Below, piece by piece: positions 9,410 through 18,877 of a stretch of DNA of 64,000 bases. Source of the stretch: Chitinophagales bacterium. GTDB taxonomy: Bacteria; Bacteroidota; Bacteroidia; Chitinophagales; LD1. A program made the translations under genes and the position numbers. Numbering within the stretch: the first letter of the stretch is position 1; each line of letters opens with the position of its first letter. The stretch covers positions 3,497 to 67,496 of the forward strand of contig JANWXI010000002.1 of NCBI GenBank assembly GCA_025057415.1, given 5' to 3'. The notes under the pieces were generated by a model, which was not told where the DNA came from, ran no database searches, and worked only from the letters and a program-made list of their open reading frames with translations.

Positions 9410-10540
9410 TTACGGAAAAAATATTTGCCCGTTTGTAGCCACTTCTTCGCCTGCAACTACCTTGGTTTGATGGCGAATGCTTTCGTTGTGAATTTGCTGA
9501 AACAATTTAAGGATGAACTCTTCGGTAAGTCCCCCGGTTTTGCCTTTCTGCAGGGCGCGGGCTACTATTTGTGCCCAGCGTTCTTTTTGGTGTATAGCTA
9601 ACTGGTGTTCTTTTTTCACCTTGCCAATTTGCTCAGAGATACCCATGCGCTCAGCGAGCAGTTCAATGATATAATCGTCAATACGGTCCACGCGGGCGCG
9701 CAGGTCGTGCAGCGCTTGTAAGCTGCTGTTTTCGGGCAGGGTGGGTTTGCGCACTATCAGCCCTTGCAGAATTTCAGCGAGTCGCTGCGGGGTAATTTGC
9801 TGAGCGGCATCGCTCCATGCTTTGTCGGGATGGGGATGTGTTTCTATCATCAGTCCGTCAAAACCCATGTCTAATCCCTGCTGCGCCAGTGTGGCAATCA
9901 GGTGGCGCTTACCGCCCATGTGGCTGGGGTCAACGAGTATGGGTATTTCGGGGAAACGCCTGCGCAATTCAATGGGAATCTCCCACATGGGTGGGTTGCG
10001 GTAAACAGATTTTTCATAGGATGAAAACCCGCGGTGAATGACGCCCAGCTTTCGGATACCTGCTCCGTGGAGGCGCTCCAATGCGCCAATCCAAAGTTCC
10101 AGGTCGGGATTGATGGGGTTTTTGACCAGTACCGGTACATCTACACCGCGGAGGGCTTCGGCTATTTCCTGCACGGCAAATGGTGAAACGGTGGTGCGTG
10201 CCCCTATCCATAGCACGTCAATCCCGTGACGCAAGGCGGCTTCTACGTGCTCGGGGTTTGCCACCTCTACAGTAACGGGCATGCCTACTTCGTTACCGGC
10301 ATTTTTCAACCAGGGCAGGCCTATTTCGCCCACTCCTTCAAAGGTGTTGGGGCGTGTGCGCGGTTTCCAGATGCCGGCGCGCAGCAGGTGCACCCTGCCC
10401 GCAGCGTGCTTAGCAATGAGGTGAGCCGAGAGCATTACCTGCTCTTCGCCTTCAGCGCTGCAGGGTCCGGCAATTACCACCGGTGCTTCGGCAGCAGGCA
10501 GCCATGTTTGTATGGGGGAGATTTGGAATTTACTTGCCAT
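9410..10540 (-). CDS. Bifunctional 3-deoxy-7-phosphoheptulonate (DAHP) synthase / chorismate mutase type II
   Basis: N-terminal KDO8P/DAHP-synthase-like barrel (VIAGPCSAEGEEQ, LRAGIWKPRTRP, ILVDPSHMGGKR). C-terminal chorismate-mutase helices (LRARVDRIDDYIIELLAERMGISEQIGKVKKE). This fusion is common in Bacteroidota. Confidence 0.9.
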   Translation of the reverse strand: MASKFQISPIQTWLPAAEAPVVIAGPCSAEGEEQVMLSAHLIAKHAAGRVHLLRAGIWKPRTRPNTFEGVGEIGLPWLKNAGNEVGMPVTVEVANPEHVEAALRHGIDVLWIGARTTVSPFAVQEIAEALRGVDVPVLVKNPINPDLELWIGALERLHGAGIRKLGVIHRGFSSYEKSVYRNPPMWEIPIELRRRFPEIPILVDPSHMGGKRHLIATLAQQGLDMGFDGLMIETHPHPDKAWSDAAQQITPQRLAEILQGLIVRKPTLPENSSLQALHDLRARVDRIDDYIIELLAERMGISEQIGKVKKEHQLAIHQKERWAQIVARALQKGKTGGLTEEFILKLFQQIHNESIRHQTKVVAGEEVATNGQIFFP

Positions 10541-10582
10541 AACTTTTGGGGTGTAAGTTTTTTATATGGATACTTGCTTTTG

Positions 10583-11773
10583 ATGAAACGTTTAATGCCG
10601 GCGTGGTGCCTTGTTGCAATATTAGCGCAAACAGTTGGTGCACAAAGTAGTTTATCTATTAACACTTTTAACCATGCGCCGGATGCTTTCAGGTATCTTT
10701 TACTTCCCAATACAGCTATTGCACACAACGATACAGTACACGAAATCATAACAGATTTGGCAGAGCCGATGCTGGCGGACTCTGTGATAGAGAAAAGAAA
10801 GCAGCATCACCGTGTGTTTTTAATCGGCTGGCTGTTACATGCGTTTGGCGGGTATAACTGGCGGGCGCTTAGTATGCACAAACAGAAATTTGTAGGTACT
10901 GTGGTACGGCACACGCGCAGCCGTGAAGAGGAATATACGGAGTACGACATTAACTTTGATATTAACTTTCATCTCAAAAAGTATCTGTGGAAGATTTTTG
11001 GCGCTTATGACCGCCAGCGCGAGTTACGGAGGCAAGATTACCGCAGGTCGCACCACCGCAATTATGACAGTATCCCTTTTGTGCGCGACACGAATTGCAT
11101 CGATATTCGCAATTACCGGTTGCATTGTGAATTAACGCCCCCGCGCGCCTACCGCCATCTGCTCAATTATGTATTTTATCCTACACTGCCCGAAGCGGGA
11201 GATTTGGCGAAGCATCCCAGTTTTGGAACTAACCGCCCGGTGATGGGGTTTTACGGTACGTATTGTTTGGATTGTAACCACAGTTGTCATCCGGAGCTGC
11301 ACCCATACGAATGGGTTTGGTGGCTGAAGACACTGCCGGGCGACAGCACGCGCAGCAAAACATGGTTTTTCGGCTTGATGCACGAAAGCAGTAACCGGAT
11401 GAAGAACTGGAGCAGAGAGCCACTTTGCGGCAGTATTAAAATTCCGTTTGCTAAAGATTGCAGTAAAGCGGGCGACACTGTGTTGCGCATTTATGTAGAG
11501 CATTTGGTGTTTGGCACATTTGCCGGTATGGGGGAGGTATTGCTAGCAGACAACGCAGTGAAGTTATCGGGGGCTGAGAACAGCGTAATACAGCTTGAGG
11601 GTTTGCCCGGCAAATTTATGATGGTTGTTTTTTCGCACCCGATAAAGTCGGATGATTACCGAATTGGTTTCAGTGAAATGAATTACGACAGAGGACTTGA
11701 TGTTTTAACGGGGTATTTTCATATTGCGACAAATATTAATGCGTTATATACGGCGCGCGTTACATTCGATTAG
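10583..11773 (+). CDS. Hypothetical secreted protein
   Basis: The internal Met gives a signal peptide MKRLMPAWCLVAILAQTVGAQS. The listed ORF's first 119 codons overlap the aro gene antisense and are rejected. No family recognised. Confidence 0.5.
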   Translation: MKRLMPAWCLVAILAQTVGAQSSLSINTFNHAPDAFRYLLLPNTAIAHNDTVHEIITDLAEPMLADSVIEKRKQHHRVFLIGWLLHAFGGYNWRALSMHKQKFVGTVVRHTRSREEEYTEYDINFDINFHLKKYLWKIFGAYDRQRELRRQDYRRSHHRNYDSIPFVRDTNCIDIRNYRLHCELTPPRAYRHLLNYVFYPTLPEAGDLAKHPSFGTNRPVMGFYGTYCLDCNHSCHPELHPYEWVWWLKTLPGDSTRSKTWFFGLMHESSNRMKNWSREPLCGSIKIPFAKDCSKAGDTVLRIYVEHLVFGTFAGMGEVLLADNAVKLSGAENSVIQLEGLPGKFMMVVFSHPIKSDDYRIGFSEMNYDRGLDVLTGYFHIATNINALYTARVTFD

Positions 11774-11869
11774 TGATGGTAGTACATTTAAAACGTGTGC
11801 GCCTGAGCAGCGTAGTTTGTTGAACTTAACGTTGCGCAGCTGCGTAGTTGTGCTTTGAGCGTGCGCCAG

Positions 11870-12021
11870 CCGGGTGAGGGATGCGTAGGGCGCGAGCGCA
11901 GCGAAGCGGCCGCGCCCGTACCATTGATAAAAAAAATTTACGGGCGCGGCGGGAGCGGCAGCGTACCCCGCAGCAAGCCCGACCCCGCTGCCTTGCATGG
12001 CTTGGCAGCGGGGGCACCCCC
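11870..12021 (+). repeat. GC-rich double-hairpin intergenic repeat, copy 1
   Basis: CCGGGTGAGGGATGCG...GGCAGCGGGGGCACCCC aligns by eye along its length with 41315-41440 (same orientation) and 62715-62868 (inverted). It contains a 12-bp central stem (GCCGCGCCCGTA / TACGGGCGCGGC) and a 10-bp terminal stem (CCCCGCTGCC / GGCAGCGGGG). Confidence 0.85.
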
Positions 12022-12083
12022 TAAAAGCAAAAAAATGCATGTACCAGATGTGTATGATTGTATTAAACGTGTATTTTTGGAAT

Positions 12084-13472
12084 ATGAGCATGCTCAGTGA
12101 TTTTTTACGAACGCTCAAGCCCGATGAACTGGCGATAGTACGCCAAATGCCTGCATCGGAGCGCGAGAAACAGGTGCTGCTGAACACGCTGGTGCATTTG
12201 CAGGATAAGGAGTTTGATGATGAGCTGGTGCAATATGAATTGAAACTGAGTAAGTCACATTTTGATAAGATAAATTCTGTGTTGCTTGATAAGTGTTACC
12301 ATGTGCTGACCGATGGCAGCAACCGGGAGGTTCTTTACTTGCTTTGGCAGAAGGGACTGAAGACACTGCTGCTGCACGAGGCGAAGATACGGGAGCGCAA
12401 GTTGCTCAAGGGCAACAAGAAGAAGTTAGCTGAGTTGTACAAGATAATGTTTGACATTTCGGTGCGACTGCCGGTGCTGAACGGAAAGATTGCCTTGGCG
12501 GAAGAGTACGGAAGAAAATACCTTGCCACTTTAGGTAAGCCCGCTGAGGAACAACGCAGCGAAATATGGCTGAATTATTTGTTCGGTACGGTGTTTTACT
12601 ACGCAGCGAACGGGAAAATGGCGGAGTATGAAGCGTGGACGAAGGCAGAGTTAAAGAAGTGGGCGCGCAAATTGGAGGGGAAGGATTACCCGGTTTGTCA
12701 ATTCTACTATCATTTGTGCTGGTCGGCATATTATGAACATTACTCCAGCGACTGGGACAATCTGATGAAGAGTTTGCATGCTGCTTTAGAGGCACTCGGC
12801 CGGTGCGAAGAGCGGGTGGGAAGCAATTATCGCATTTATGTGGAAACCACCATAGCTAAGGCGTATGCTCACAACAGTAATTACCGCGAGGCATACGAGC
12901 GGTACAGCGCCTGTTTTGATAAGTTTGCAAAGCAGTTGGTTCGCAACCGGTATCACCCGTTGATGTACGCTGTGATAGCGATACTGCATCAGCAATATGA
13001 TGTGGCAGAGAGCATTATGGAGAAATACATGAAGTTTTACTTAGAAAACACACCGCACGATACGTTTAATTTTGACATAGAGCGGATATATGCGCTTTTA
13101 TATATGTATAAAAAAGATTATACGAAAGCAGCCTATTACCTGCAGCGTGGCCAGCAATGGGATAAAACAAAATTTACCTTTTTGGGTGACATTCTGCAGC
13201 GCATTACACAAAACATTTACTTTATCCTGCAGCGCGATTTTGAAATGGCGCTTACTCTGTTGCGCAGCAATAAACGGTTTTTGCAATCGAAACAACCCGA
13301 TGAGATGACCCGCGAGTACGGTGTGATGTTTGATTTGATAAACGATGTTATTCGTCTGCAAACAGGTAAAGAGCCCTCTAAAAATTTTTTGCAAAACCTG
13401 GAGCAGAGCCGCCGGGGTATCATGCGGTTGTATGCCGGACTGCTCGATGAGTTTATACCGCAGCGTTCATAG
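12084..13472 (+). CDS. Hypothetical protein (helical, TPR-like; function unknown)
   Basis: Long ORF. The start is moved to ATG 12084 (MSMLSDFLRTL...) because the listed start lies inside the GC-rich repeat. Helix-rich and Tyr/Leu-rich sequence with no catalytic motif recognised. Confidence 0.5.
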   Translation: MSMLSDFLRTLKPDELAIVRQMPASEREKQVLLNTLVHLQDKEFDDELVQYELKLSKSHFDKINSVLLDKCYHVLTDGSNREVLYLLWQKGLKTLLLHEAKIRERKLLKGNKKKLAELYKIMFDISVRLPVLNGKIALAEEYGRKYLATLGKPAEEQRSEIWLNYLFGTVFYYAANGKMAEYEAWTKAELKKWARKLEGKDYPVCQFYYHLCWSAYYEHYSSDWDNLMKSLHAALEALGRCEERVGSNYRIYVETTIAKAYAHNSNYREAYERYSACFDKFAKQLVRNRYHPLMYAVIAILHQQYDVAESIMEKYMKFYLENTPHDTFNFDIERIYALLYMYKKDYTKAAYYLQRGQQWDKTKFTFLGDILQRITQNIYFILQRDFEMALTLLRSNKRFLQSKQPDEMTREYGVMFDLINDVIRLQTGKEPSKNFLQNLEQSRRGIMRLYAGLLDEFIPQRS

Positions 13473-14828
13473 AATGTTTCTCGCTTTTATTTCGAGATAT
13501 TTGTTGATGACGTTGACGGTTAGCTGCTGGGGGGCTGTGAGTAAACTCATAATGCCGTGTTGGCGCAGTTGTTTTTCCACGAGGCGTTTTTCGTAGAGCA
13601 TTTTGCCGGCAATGGTTTTGATGTAAATCTCCTGAAGGTCGCTGGCGGGTCGGGTAAAAACGTTTTTCACTTCGGTGTTTTCAAAAAATACTACCAGCAA
13701 CAGATGATGCCTTGCCATTGCTTTCAGGTAGGGGAGTTGGCGCTCCATGCTGTAGGGGGTTTCAAAATTGGTGAATAGCACCAACAAGCTACGCTGTTTG
13801 ATACGGCGGCGTACCTGGGCATGCAGGCGGTCGAAGTTGCTTTCGAGAAATGTTGTGTTCAGGTTGTATAAACTTTCCATAATGCGCGCGAGTTGAGTGG
13901 AATGATGCGCTGCGGGTAAAAACGTATCGGACTGATGAGCGAAGGTGATGAGGCCCGCCTTGTCGTACCGCATAAGGGCAGTGTGGCTGAGCACGAGAGA
14001 GGTGTTGATGGCATAATCCAGCAGGGTCATTTTCTCAAAAGGCATTTTCATGCTGCGACCCATGTCAATCACACAATACAACGGTTGGCTTTTTTCATCG
14101 GTGTAGGTGTTGACCATCAGGTTGTTTCTGCGCGCGGTGGCTTTCCAGTTTATGGTGCGGTAATCATCGCCCGGTACGTACTCTTTTATTTGTTCAAATT
14201 CCAAACTGTGTCCAACTCTACGAACCCGCTTTACGCCCAGTTCGTTCAACCGGTCGTTAAATGCCAGCAGTTGGTACTTGTTCATCTGCACATAGGAGGG
14301 ATATACCGGTACTGTGGTCTCCTGCGCTAATGCGTACCTGCGGGTTACCATTTGCAGGGGCCCGTTTACGAATATCAGCAAGCGCCCGAAATGATACTCA
14401 CCGCGGCTTACGGGACGCAACGTGTATTGCAGATGATGATGGCCATTTGCCGGAATAGTGGCGGGCAGGTAAAAGTTGCGTTTCTGAAATTGCACGGGAA
14501 TTTCATCAATTACCCTGATGCGCACGGGAAAACCGTAATTGTTTTGAACGGAAATATGAACGGGATTTTCGTCACCATTGCTGAGGCGGTTGCCGGGTAT
14601 ATGCCGAACAGCTTCGATACCGTTGCGGTTAAAGTAAAGCGCCATGGCATCAGCCAGAACGGTTACGGATAAAATTACGCATAACGACTTGGCTATGCTC
14701 ATCAGCAACGGGACGAAATACGAGAGTGCAAAAATCACCCCGATGCCAAACAGCGCCAGATAAAAATACCGGTGCAGGTAAAATGACAGATACCAGCGGG
14801 TGATTGCATTGCGCACCTTGCTGAACAT
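13467..14828 (-). CDS. DUF58-family protein (MoxR-associated, vWA-like)
   Basis: Two N-terminal TM helices. Hallmark block HSLEFEQIKEYVPGDDYRTINWKATARRNNLMVNTY. Lies immediately downstream of MoxR. Confidence 0.8.
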   Translation of the reverse strand: MFSKVRNAITRWYLSFYLHRYFYLALFGIGVIFALSYFVPLLMSIAKSLCVILSVTVLADAMALYFNRNGIEAVRHIPGNRLSNGDENPVHISVQNNYGFPVRIRVIDEIPVQFQKRNFYLPATIPANGHHHLQYTLRPVSRGEYHFGRLLIFVNGPLQMVTRRYALAQETTVPVYPSYVQMNKYQLLAFNDRLNELGVKRVRRVGHSLEFEQIKEYVPGDDYRTINWKATARRNNLMVNTYTDEKSQPLYCVIDMGRSMKMPFEKMTLLDYAINTSLVLSHTALMRYDKAGLITFAHQSDTFLPAAHHSTQLARIMESLYNLNTTFLESNFDRLHAQVRRRIKQRSLLVLFTNFETPYSMERQLPYLKAMARHHLLLVVFFENTEVKNVFTRPASDLQEIYIKTIAGKMLYEKRLVEKQLRQHGIMSLLTAPQQLTVNVINKYLEIKARNIL

Positions 14829-14831
14829 ACG

Positions 14832-15809
14832 CTAGCGGGGAATGTCAATGGATTGGATAATCTGACTAATTACATCATCGGGGGAGACACCCTCCATTTC
14901 TTTTTCGGGCGAGAGAATGATGCGGTGACGCAATACGGGTTTTGCCACATAGAGGATGTCATCGGGGATTACGAAATCGCGTCCGCTCATGGCGGCAATG
15001 GCTTTGGAAGCATTGAGCAAAGCCAGCGAGGCGCGTGGTGAAGCGCCCAGAAAGAGCGACTGATGGTTGCGCGTAGCTGTAATGAGGCGCGCGATGAAGT
15101 GCATCAGCTTTTCGTCCACCACGAGATTTACCACTAATTTACGCAAACGCTCTATCTGCACGGTATCCAGCACGGGTTGCAGGGTGTTTACGGGTTTTTC
15201 GTTCCCTAACGCATTAAATTTTTCCAATATCTTTACTTCTTCCTGTTCGCTCGGATAGGGCACGATGATTTTAAAGAGGAAACGGTCTAACTGGGCTTCG
15301 GGTAACCGATATGTGCCTTCGTGCTCGATGGGGTTTTGCGTAGCCAATACCATAAAGGGGAATGGCATATTATACGTTACTCCATCGGCTGTAATCTGCC
15401 GTTCTTCCATCACTTCAAAGAGTGCCGACTGTGTTTTGGCGGGTGCGCGGTTTACTTCGTCAATTAAAATGATATTGCTGAATATGGGGCCATTTTTAAA
15501 CTGAAATTCTCCGAGCTTTGCGTTATAGACCGATGTGCCGATGATATCGCTCGGCATGAGGTCGGGTGTAAACTGAATGCGCGAAAAACCGGTGTTGATA
15601 CAACGCGCCAGTAACTTTGCCGTGAGGGTTTTAGCCACGCCGGGCACACCTTCGATGAGTACGTGACCATCCGAAAGCATGGAGGCAATGAGCAGTTGTA
15701 CCATTTCTTGTTGCCCTACCACGATTTTACCTATCTCGCGCTGTATGGCATGCACCGCGTTACTTAGCTCAGTAAGGTCGGTGCGTTGCTGAAATTGTAA
15801 TTCTTCCAT
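14832..15809 (-). CDS. MoxR-family AAA+ ATPase
   Basis: Walker A GVPGVAKT and Walker B ILIDEVNRAPAKTQSALFEVMEE. The 325-aa size is typical of MoxR. Confidence 0.9.
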   Translation of the reverse strand: MEELQFQQRTDLTELSNAVHAIQREIGKIVVGQQEMVQLLIASMLSDGHVLIEGVPGVAKTLTAKLLARCINTGFSRIQFTPDLMPSDIIGTSVYNAKLGEFQFKNGPIFSNIILIDEVNRAPAKTQSALFEVMEERQITADGVTYNMPFPFMVLATQNPIEHEGTYRLPEAQLDRFLFKIIVPYPSEQEEVKILEKFNALGNEKPVNTLQPVLDTVQIERLRKLVVNLVVDEKLMHFIARLITATRNHQSLFLGASPRASLALLNASKAIAAMSGRDFVIPDDILYVAKPVLRHRIILSPEKEMEGVSPDDVISQIIQSIDIPR

Positions 15810-15814
15810 GGTGT

Positions 15815-17026
15815 TTATTGGGTTAGTTGGTAATATTTTTCCAATTGGCTGTGGTAATCTTTTAACTCTTCAGCCGAGAACTGCCGGGCAGATTTTATAT
15901 GCGCGGTAAATTTTACGAGAGAGAGAGCATCGTTTACATTCATGCCGCTGCGGGCAGCCAGCTTGTGGGCAAAAACATCGTCTAAGGCAGAGGTTGACAG
16001 GCGAAAACGCTGGCGCACATGCTCTAAGAAGTATGTTACCATTTTGTGCGCCAGGTTGAGGTGGTTCCCCTGTTCGTAATACAATTTACCGATGGTGGGC
16101 ACATAATCCAGTGAATCGTTTTTGGGGCTTTGTATCACCGGAACGACCCTCTGCTGGCGTTTGATGTAAATAAAGGTATATAGCGCTACCAGCGCCAGAA
16201 ATACGTAAATCGCATAGCGAAAAGCAGGAACCTCCATTAAAATGCGAAAGGGGGAATTACCGGCGCTGTTGTAGGTCAGATAGGGCTCTGTAAGGTGGTA
16301 CTCATCCCATATCACCTCATCATATTTTTTATCCATTAAGCTGAACACTTTCTCAGCATAGCTGAGGTTATTGCGGTGCATCAGAAAGTAATTTGTGAAG
16401 CAATATGGCTGGGTGTGCACAAACACATTGCCCCCTTGCGTTTTGAGCCGGATAAAATTGCAGATGTTGTTTTGGTTGTAGCCGAGAGGTTCGGTGGAAG
16501 AGATTTCGTAAGTCGTAATACTGCTTGCAGCAAAACGTCCGGGGTAAGTGTAAACCTCTTCGGGAAAGTACTTGTTACTCAGCGAAACAGTTCCGGAGTC
16601 CGTAGTGTTATAGTTTTGTACTATTGGAAGGTCTGTGGAAGACATTTCGATGTTAAGCGCATCGGTGAGCTCTGCATCCATTTCGGTTGCACACAGAAAA
16701 ACATCGTGACCTTCGTTGGCAAGGTGCAGGATGTGGGTGAGGTCGCCTGATGCGTTGCGGAAACGTTTGCAAATAGATATGTAAACAATGCGCTTTGCAG
16801 AGTCGAGAGGAATGTCGGTGGCGGGTTTATCGTTTACTGTGATTTTTGCCCCCGGGAACAAATCGCTGAGAGAGTTGTACAGCACGTAAGTGCCGTAAGG
16901 AATTTTGTCGTTTTTGCGCAAGGTGAAACGCTCGTCTAATTCGGTGGAACTGCTGAAGTACCATACCATACCGAAAAGCAGCAGTACTATTGCCAATATA
17001 CCCAGTAATGTTTTAATGTTTTTCAT
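15815..17026 (-). CDS. DUF4350-like membrane protein of the MoxR operon
   Basis: N-terminal TM helix, a second TM helix (AIYVFLALVALYTFIYI) and a position between the DUF4129-like gene and MoxR match the conserved operon as I recall it. Confidence 0.55.
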   Translation of the reverse strand: MKNIKTLLGILAIVLLLFGMVWYFSSSTELDERFTLRKNDKIPYGTYVLYNSLSDLFPGAKITVNDKPATDIPLDSAKRIVYISICKRFRNASGDLTHILHLANEGHDVFLCATEMDAELTDALNIEMSSTDLPIVQNYNTTDSGTVSLSNKYFPEEVYTYPGRFAASSITTYEISSTEPLGYNQNNICNFIRLKTQGGNVFVHTQPYCFTNYFLMHRNNLSYAEKVFSLMDKKYDEVIWDEYHLTEPYLTYNSAGNSPFRILMEVPAFRYAIYVFLALVALYTFIYIKRQQRVVPVIQSPKNDSLDYVPTIGKLYYEQGNHLNLAHKMVTYFLEHVRQRFRLSTSALDDVFAHKLAARSGMNVNDALSLVKFTAHIKSARQFSAEELKDYHSQLEKYYQLTQ

Positions 17027-17850
17027 GCTGCGTTGTCGGTAAAGTGTTGTAAGTGGGGTTTAAGACGAGCAAAATCATCGGGCGAAATATGAAACTTGCC
17101 GTACCAAACGTAGTCAAAAGCCCTGGCTAACTGAACAAAGTGCGGATAATGGGGAGTTCCGTGAAGCTCGACCGCATATTCGTTGTTGGTTTTATCTTCG
17201 CGATACACAATCGCCTTACTATCCATCAGGGTTTTAAGCGCAATCAAAAACATATATCGCACGGCCTGCCGCAGGTCGTTTTGCCGGATGGCTTCTTCCA
17301 GGGAACCATTCAGGTCGGTATTTAATAAATGTGTATGTGTATGCAGATTATTGGATGAAGTATCTTTTTTATTCTTGCGCAGGAGGATGTTGTAGTCCAG
17401 GCCGGCTAACCAATAAACTATATATACAGTCAGCAGCGCTACCAATGTCCATAAGAGTAGTTTAAGCACAGCGCTATTAAAAACGCTTAATAGCATGTCA
17501 ATTATTCTTTCCAGCAAATTCCATCGAATTGCCGGATACAAGTCATCAGCTTTTTCTTTTTTGTTTTTTACATAGTGTAATTTTTTGTCATTTAAAAATT
17601 TTTTTCGGGAAGCTGCGCCTACTTTACGTGTGACGGGCTGCAGGCGGTTTTTATCGTTTAGTTCCTCAAATGTAATCAGCGCATTTTCGGGCTCCTCCAA
17701 TTCGCCTTCGTTGTCAATAATTTCTTCTTCTTCTGAGAGGGCATCCTCATCGGTGATTTCTAAAGGAGTGTTTTCGTCATTGTATTCTTCATGGGCATAC
17801 GAAGTACAGCAGATGAAAAGAGACAGTAACACCAACAGCAACTTGGTCAT
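17023..17850 (-). CDS. DUF4129-like protein of the MoxR operon
   Basis: Signal peptide, acidic low-complexity region and a TM helix. The C-terminal ...LARAFDYVWYGKFHIS... resembles the DUF4129 signature. Overlaps the next gene by 4 nt. Confidence 0.55.
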   Translation of the reverse strand: MTKLLLVLLSLFICCTSYAHEEYNDENTPLEITDEDALSEEEEIIDNEGELEEPENALITFEELNDKNRLQPVTRKVGAASRKKFLNDKKLHYVKNKKEKADDLYPAIRWNLLERIIDMLLSVFNSAVLKLLLWTLVALLTVYIVYWLAGLDYNILLRKNKKDTSSNNLHTHTHLLNTDLNGSLEEAIRQNDLRQAVRYMFLIALKTLMDSKAIVYREDKTNNEYAVELHGTPHYPHFVQLARAFDYVWYGKFHISPDDFARLKPHLQHFTDNAA

Positions 17851-17853
17851 GAC

Positions 17854-18867
17854 TCAGGTTTGCGGATGTTTCTTTTGTTTTTGATGTACGGAAACCGGAT
17901 AAATACCGAAATACCCGATAACATACGCTGCGGAAAGTAACAGGATAATCCACTTGAGCGCCACAGGCATATCGGCATAGCGGGTGATGAACCCTTCAAA
18001 AAAAGCAGCCATGCAAAATACGGGTATCAGGCCGATGATAACGCGCACCCCGTCGGTAGCCGCGCTGCGGAACGAGCGCATACGCGAGTAGGTACCCGGG
18101 AATAAAAAGGCAAGCCCCATCCCCAGGCCGGCGCCTCCGGCAAGCACAATGGCCGATAACTCCAGCGTGCCGTGAATCATTACAGTCAATACTGCTTCAA
18201 GCCCCAGCCCGTGGTGATAAAACATGTACTCAAATGCCCCGAGGCGCATACCCTCGTGTATCAGGTTAAAAGGCCCGTACAAACCCAGTACACCGAATAT
18301 TTGCGTGCCTGTTAACACATCCAGAAAAAAAGGCAACCCCACAAAAAGCGATCCTGCAAAATACACAAACGACACTTTGATATTATTAAAAAAAATGCCA
18401 AGCCACATCCAAATTTCATCCCCTGAGGCATAAACGCCAAATGGTTGCCCTTTGGAAATGTTTTCTTCGGTCATCATCACATAATCTGCGCCCAGCACCT
18501 CTTTGACAAAATCGCTGTCGGTGCGCGCGCTGTAAAACCCCGCAGCAGTGAAGATTACAAATGTTACGAGCGTAAATAACATGCTGTACCGAAAACGATA
18601 CACCGCCAGCGGTAAGTCCACAGTAAAGAATCTTGACAGATGCGAAGCTTCGTGTTTTGTATTGCGGTATATGCGCAGATAGTAGCGCGCTGCTATGGAA
18701 TTAATATAGCGGGTGGTGGCGCTTTTCGGATAGAAGGTTCGTGCATAAGAGAGGTCTTCAATCATTTGAGTGAAGTAGGATGACATCGTATCCACATCAG
18801 TAGTTTCTGACTGGCGTATTTTTTCCCAGCGGTCTTTATTTTTTTTGATGAAGAGGGCCTCGCGCAT
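17854..18867 (-). CDS. SpoIIM-like (DUF95) integral membrane protein
   Basis: Soluble N-terminal ~90 aa followed by about 6 hydrophobic helices (…HGTLELSAIVLAGGAGLGMG…). This is typical of the stage II sporulation protein M family found at the head of this operon. Confidence 0.6.
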   Translation of the reverse strand: MREALFIKKNKDRWEKIRQSETTDVDTMSSYFTQMIEDLSYARTFYPKSATTRYINSIAARYYLRIYRNTKHEASHLSRFFTVDLPLAVYRFRYSMLFTLVTFVIFTAAGFYSARTDSDFVKEVLGADYVMMTEENISKGQPFGVYASGDEIWMWLGIFFNNIKVSFVYFAGSLFVGLPFFLDVLTGTQIFGVLGLYGPFNLIHEGMRLGAFEYMFYHHGLGLEAVLTVMIHGTLELSAIVLAGGAGLGMGLAFLFPGTYSRMRSFRSAATDGVRVIIGLIPVFCMAAFFEGFITRYADMPVALKWIILLLSAAYVIGYFGIYPVSVHQKQKKHPQT

Positions 18868-18877
18868 AGGGCTGTAC

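Noticed and set aside
9361-9456. 32-codon N-terminal extension of the T9SS cargo ORF
   Set aside because: It would overlap the end of the aro gene. The Met at 9360 starts a canonical signal peptide.
10226-10582. N-terminal 119 codons of the listed 515-aa ORF
   Set aside because: This part overlaps the aro gene on the opposite strand. An internal Met at 10583 gives a clean signal peptide right after the aro gene ends.
11744-12187. ORFs of 63-147 aa across the GC-rich repeat (11744..12187 -, 11826..12017 -, 11855..12100 +), with counterparts at 62713..62937 + and 62718..62930 +
   Set aside because: They exist only because the GC-rich repeat lacks stop codons. The same Arg/Gly/Ala/Pro-rich peptide appears on whichever strand the repeat lies, with no start context or flanking coding signal. 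I treat them as repeat-derived artefacts.
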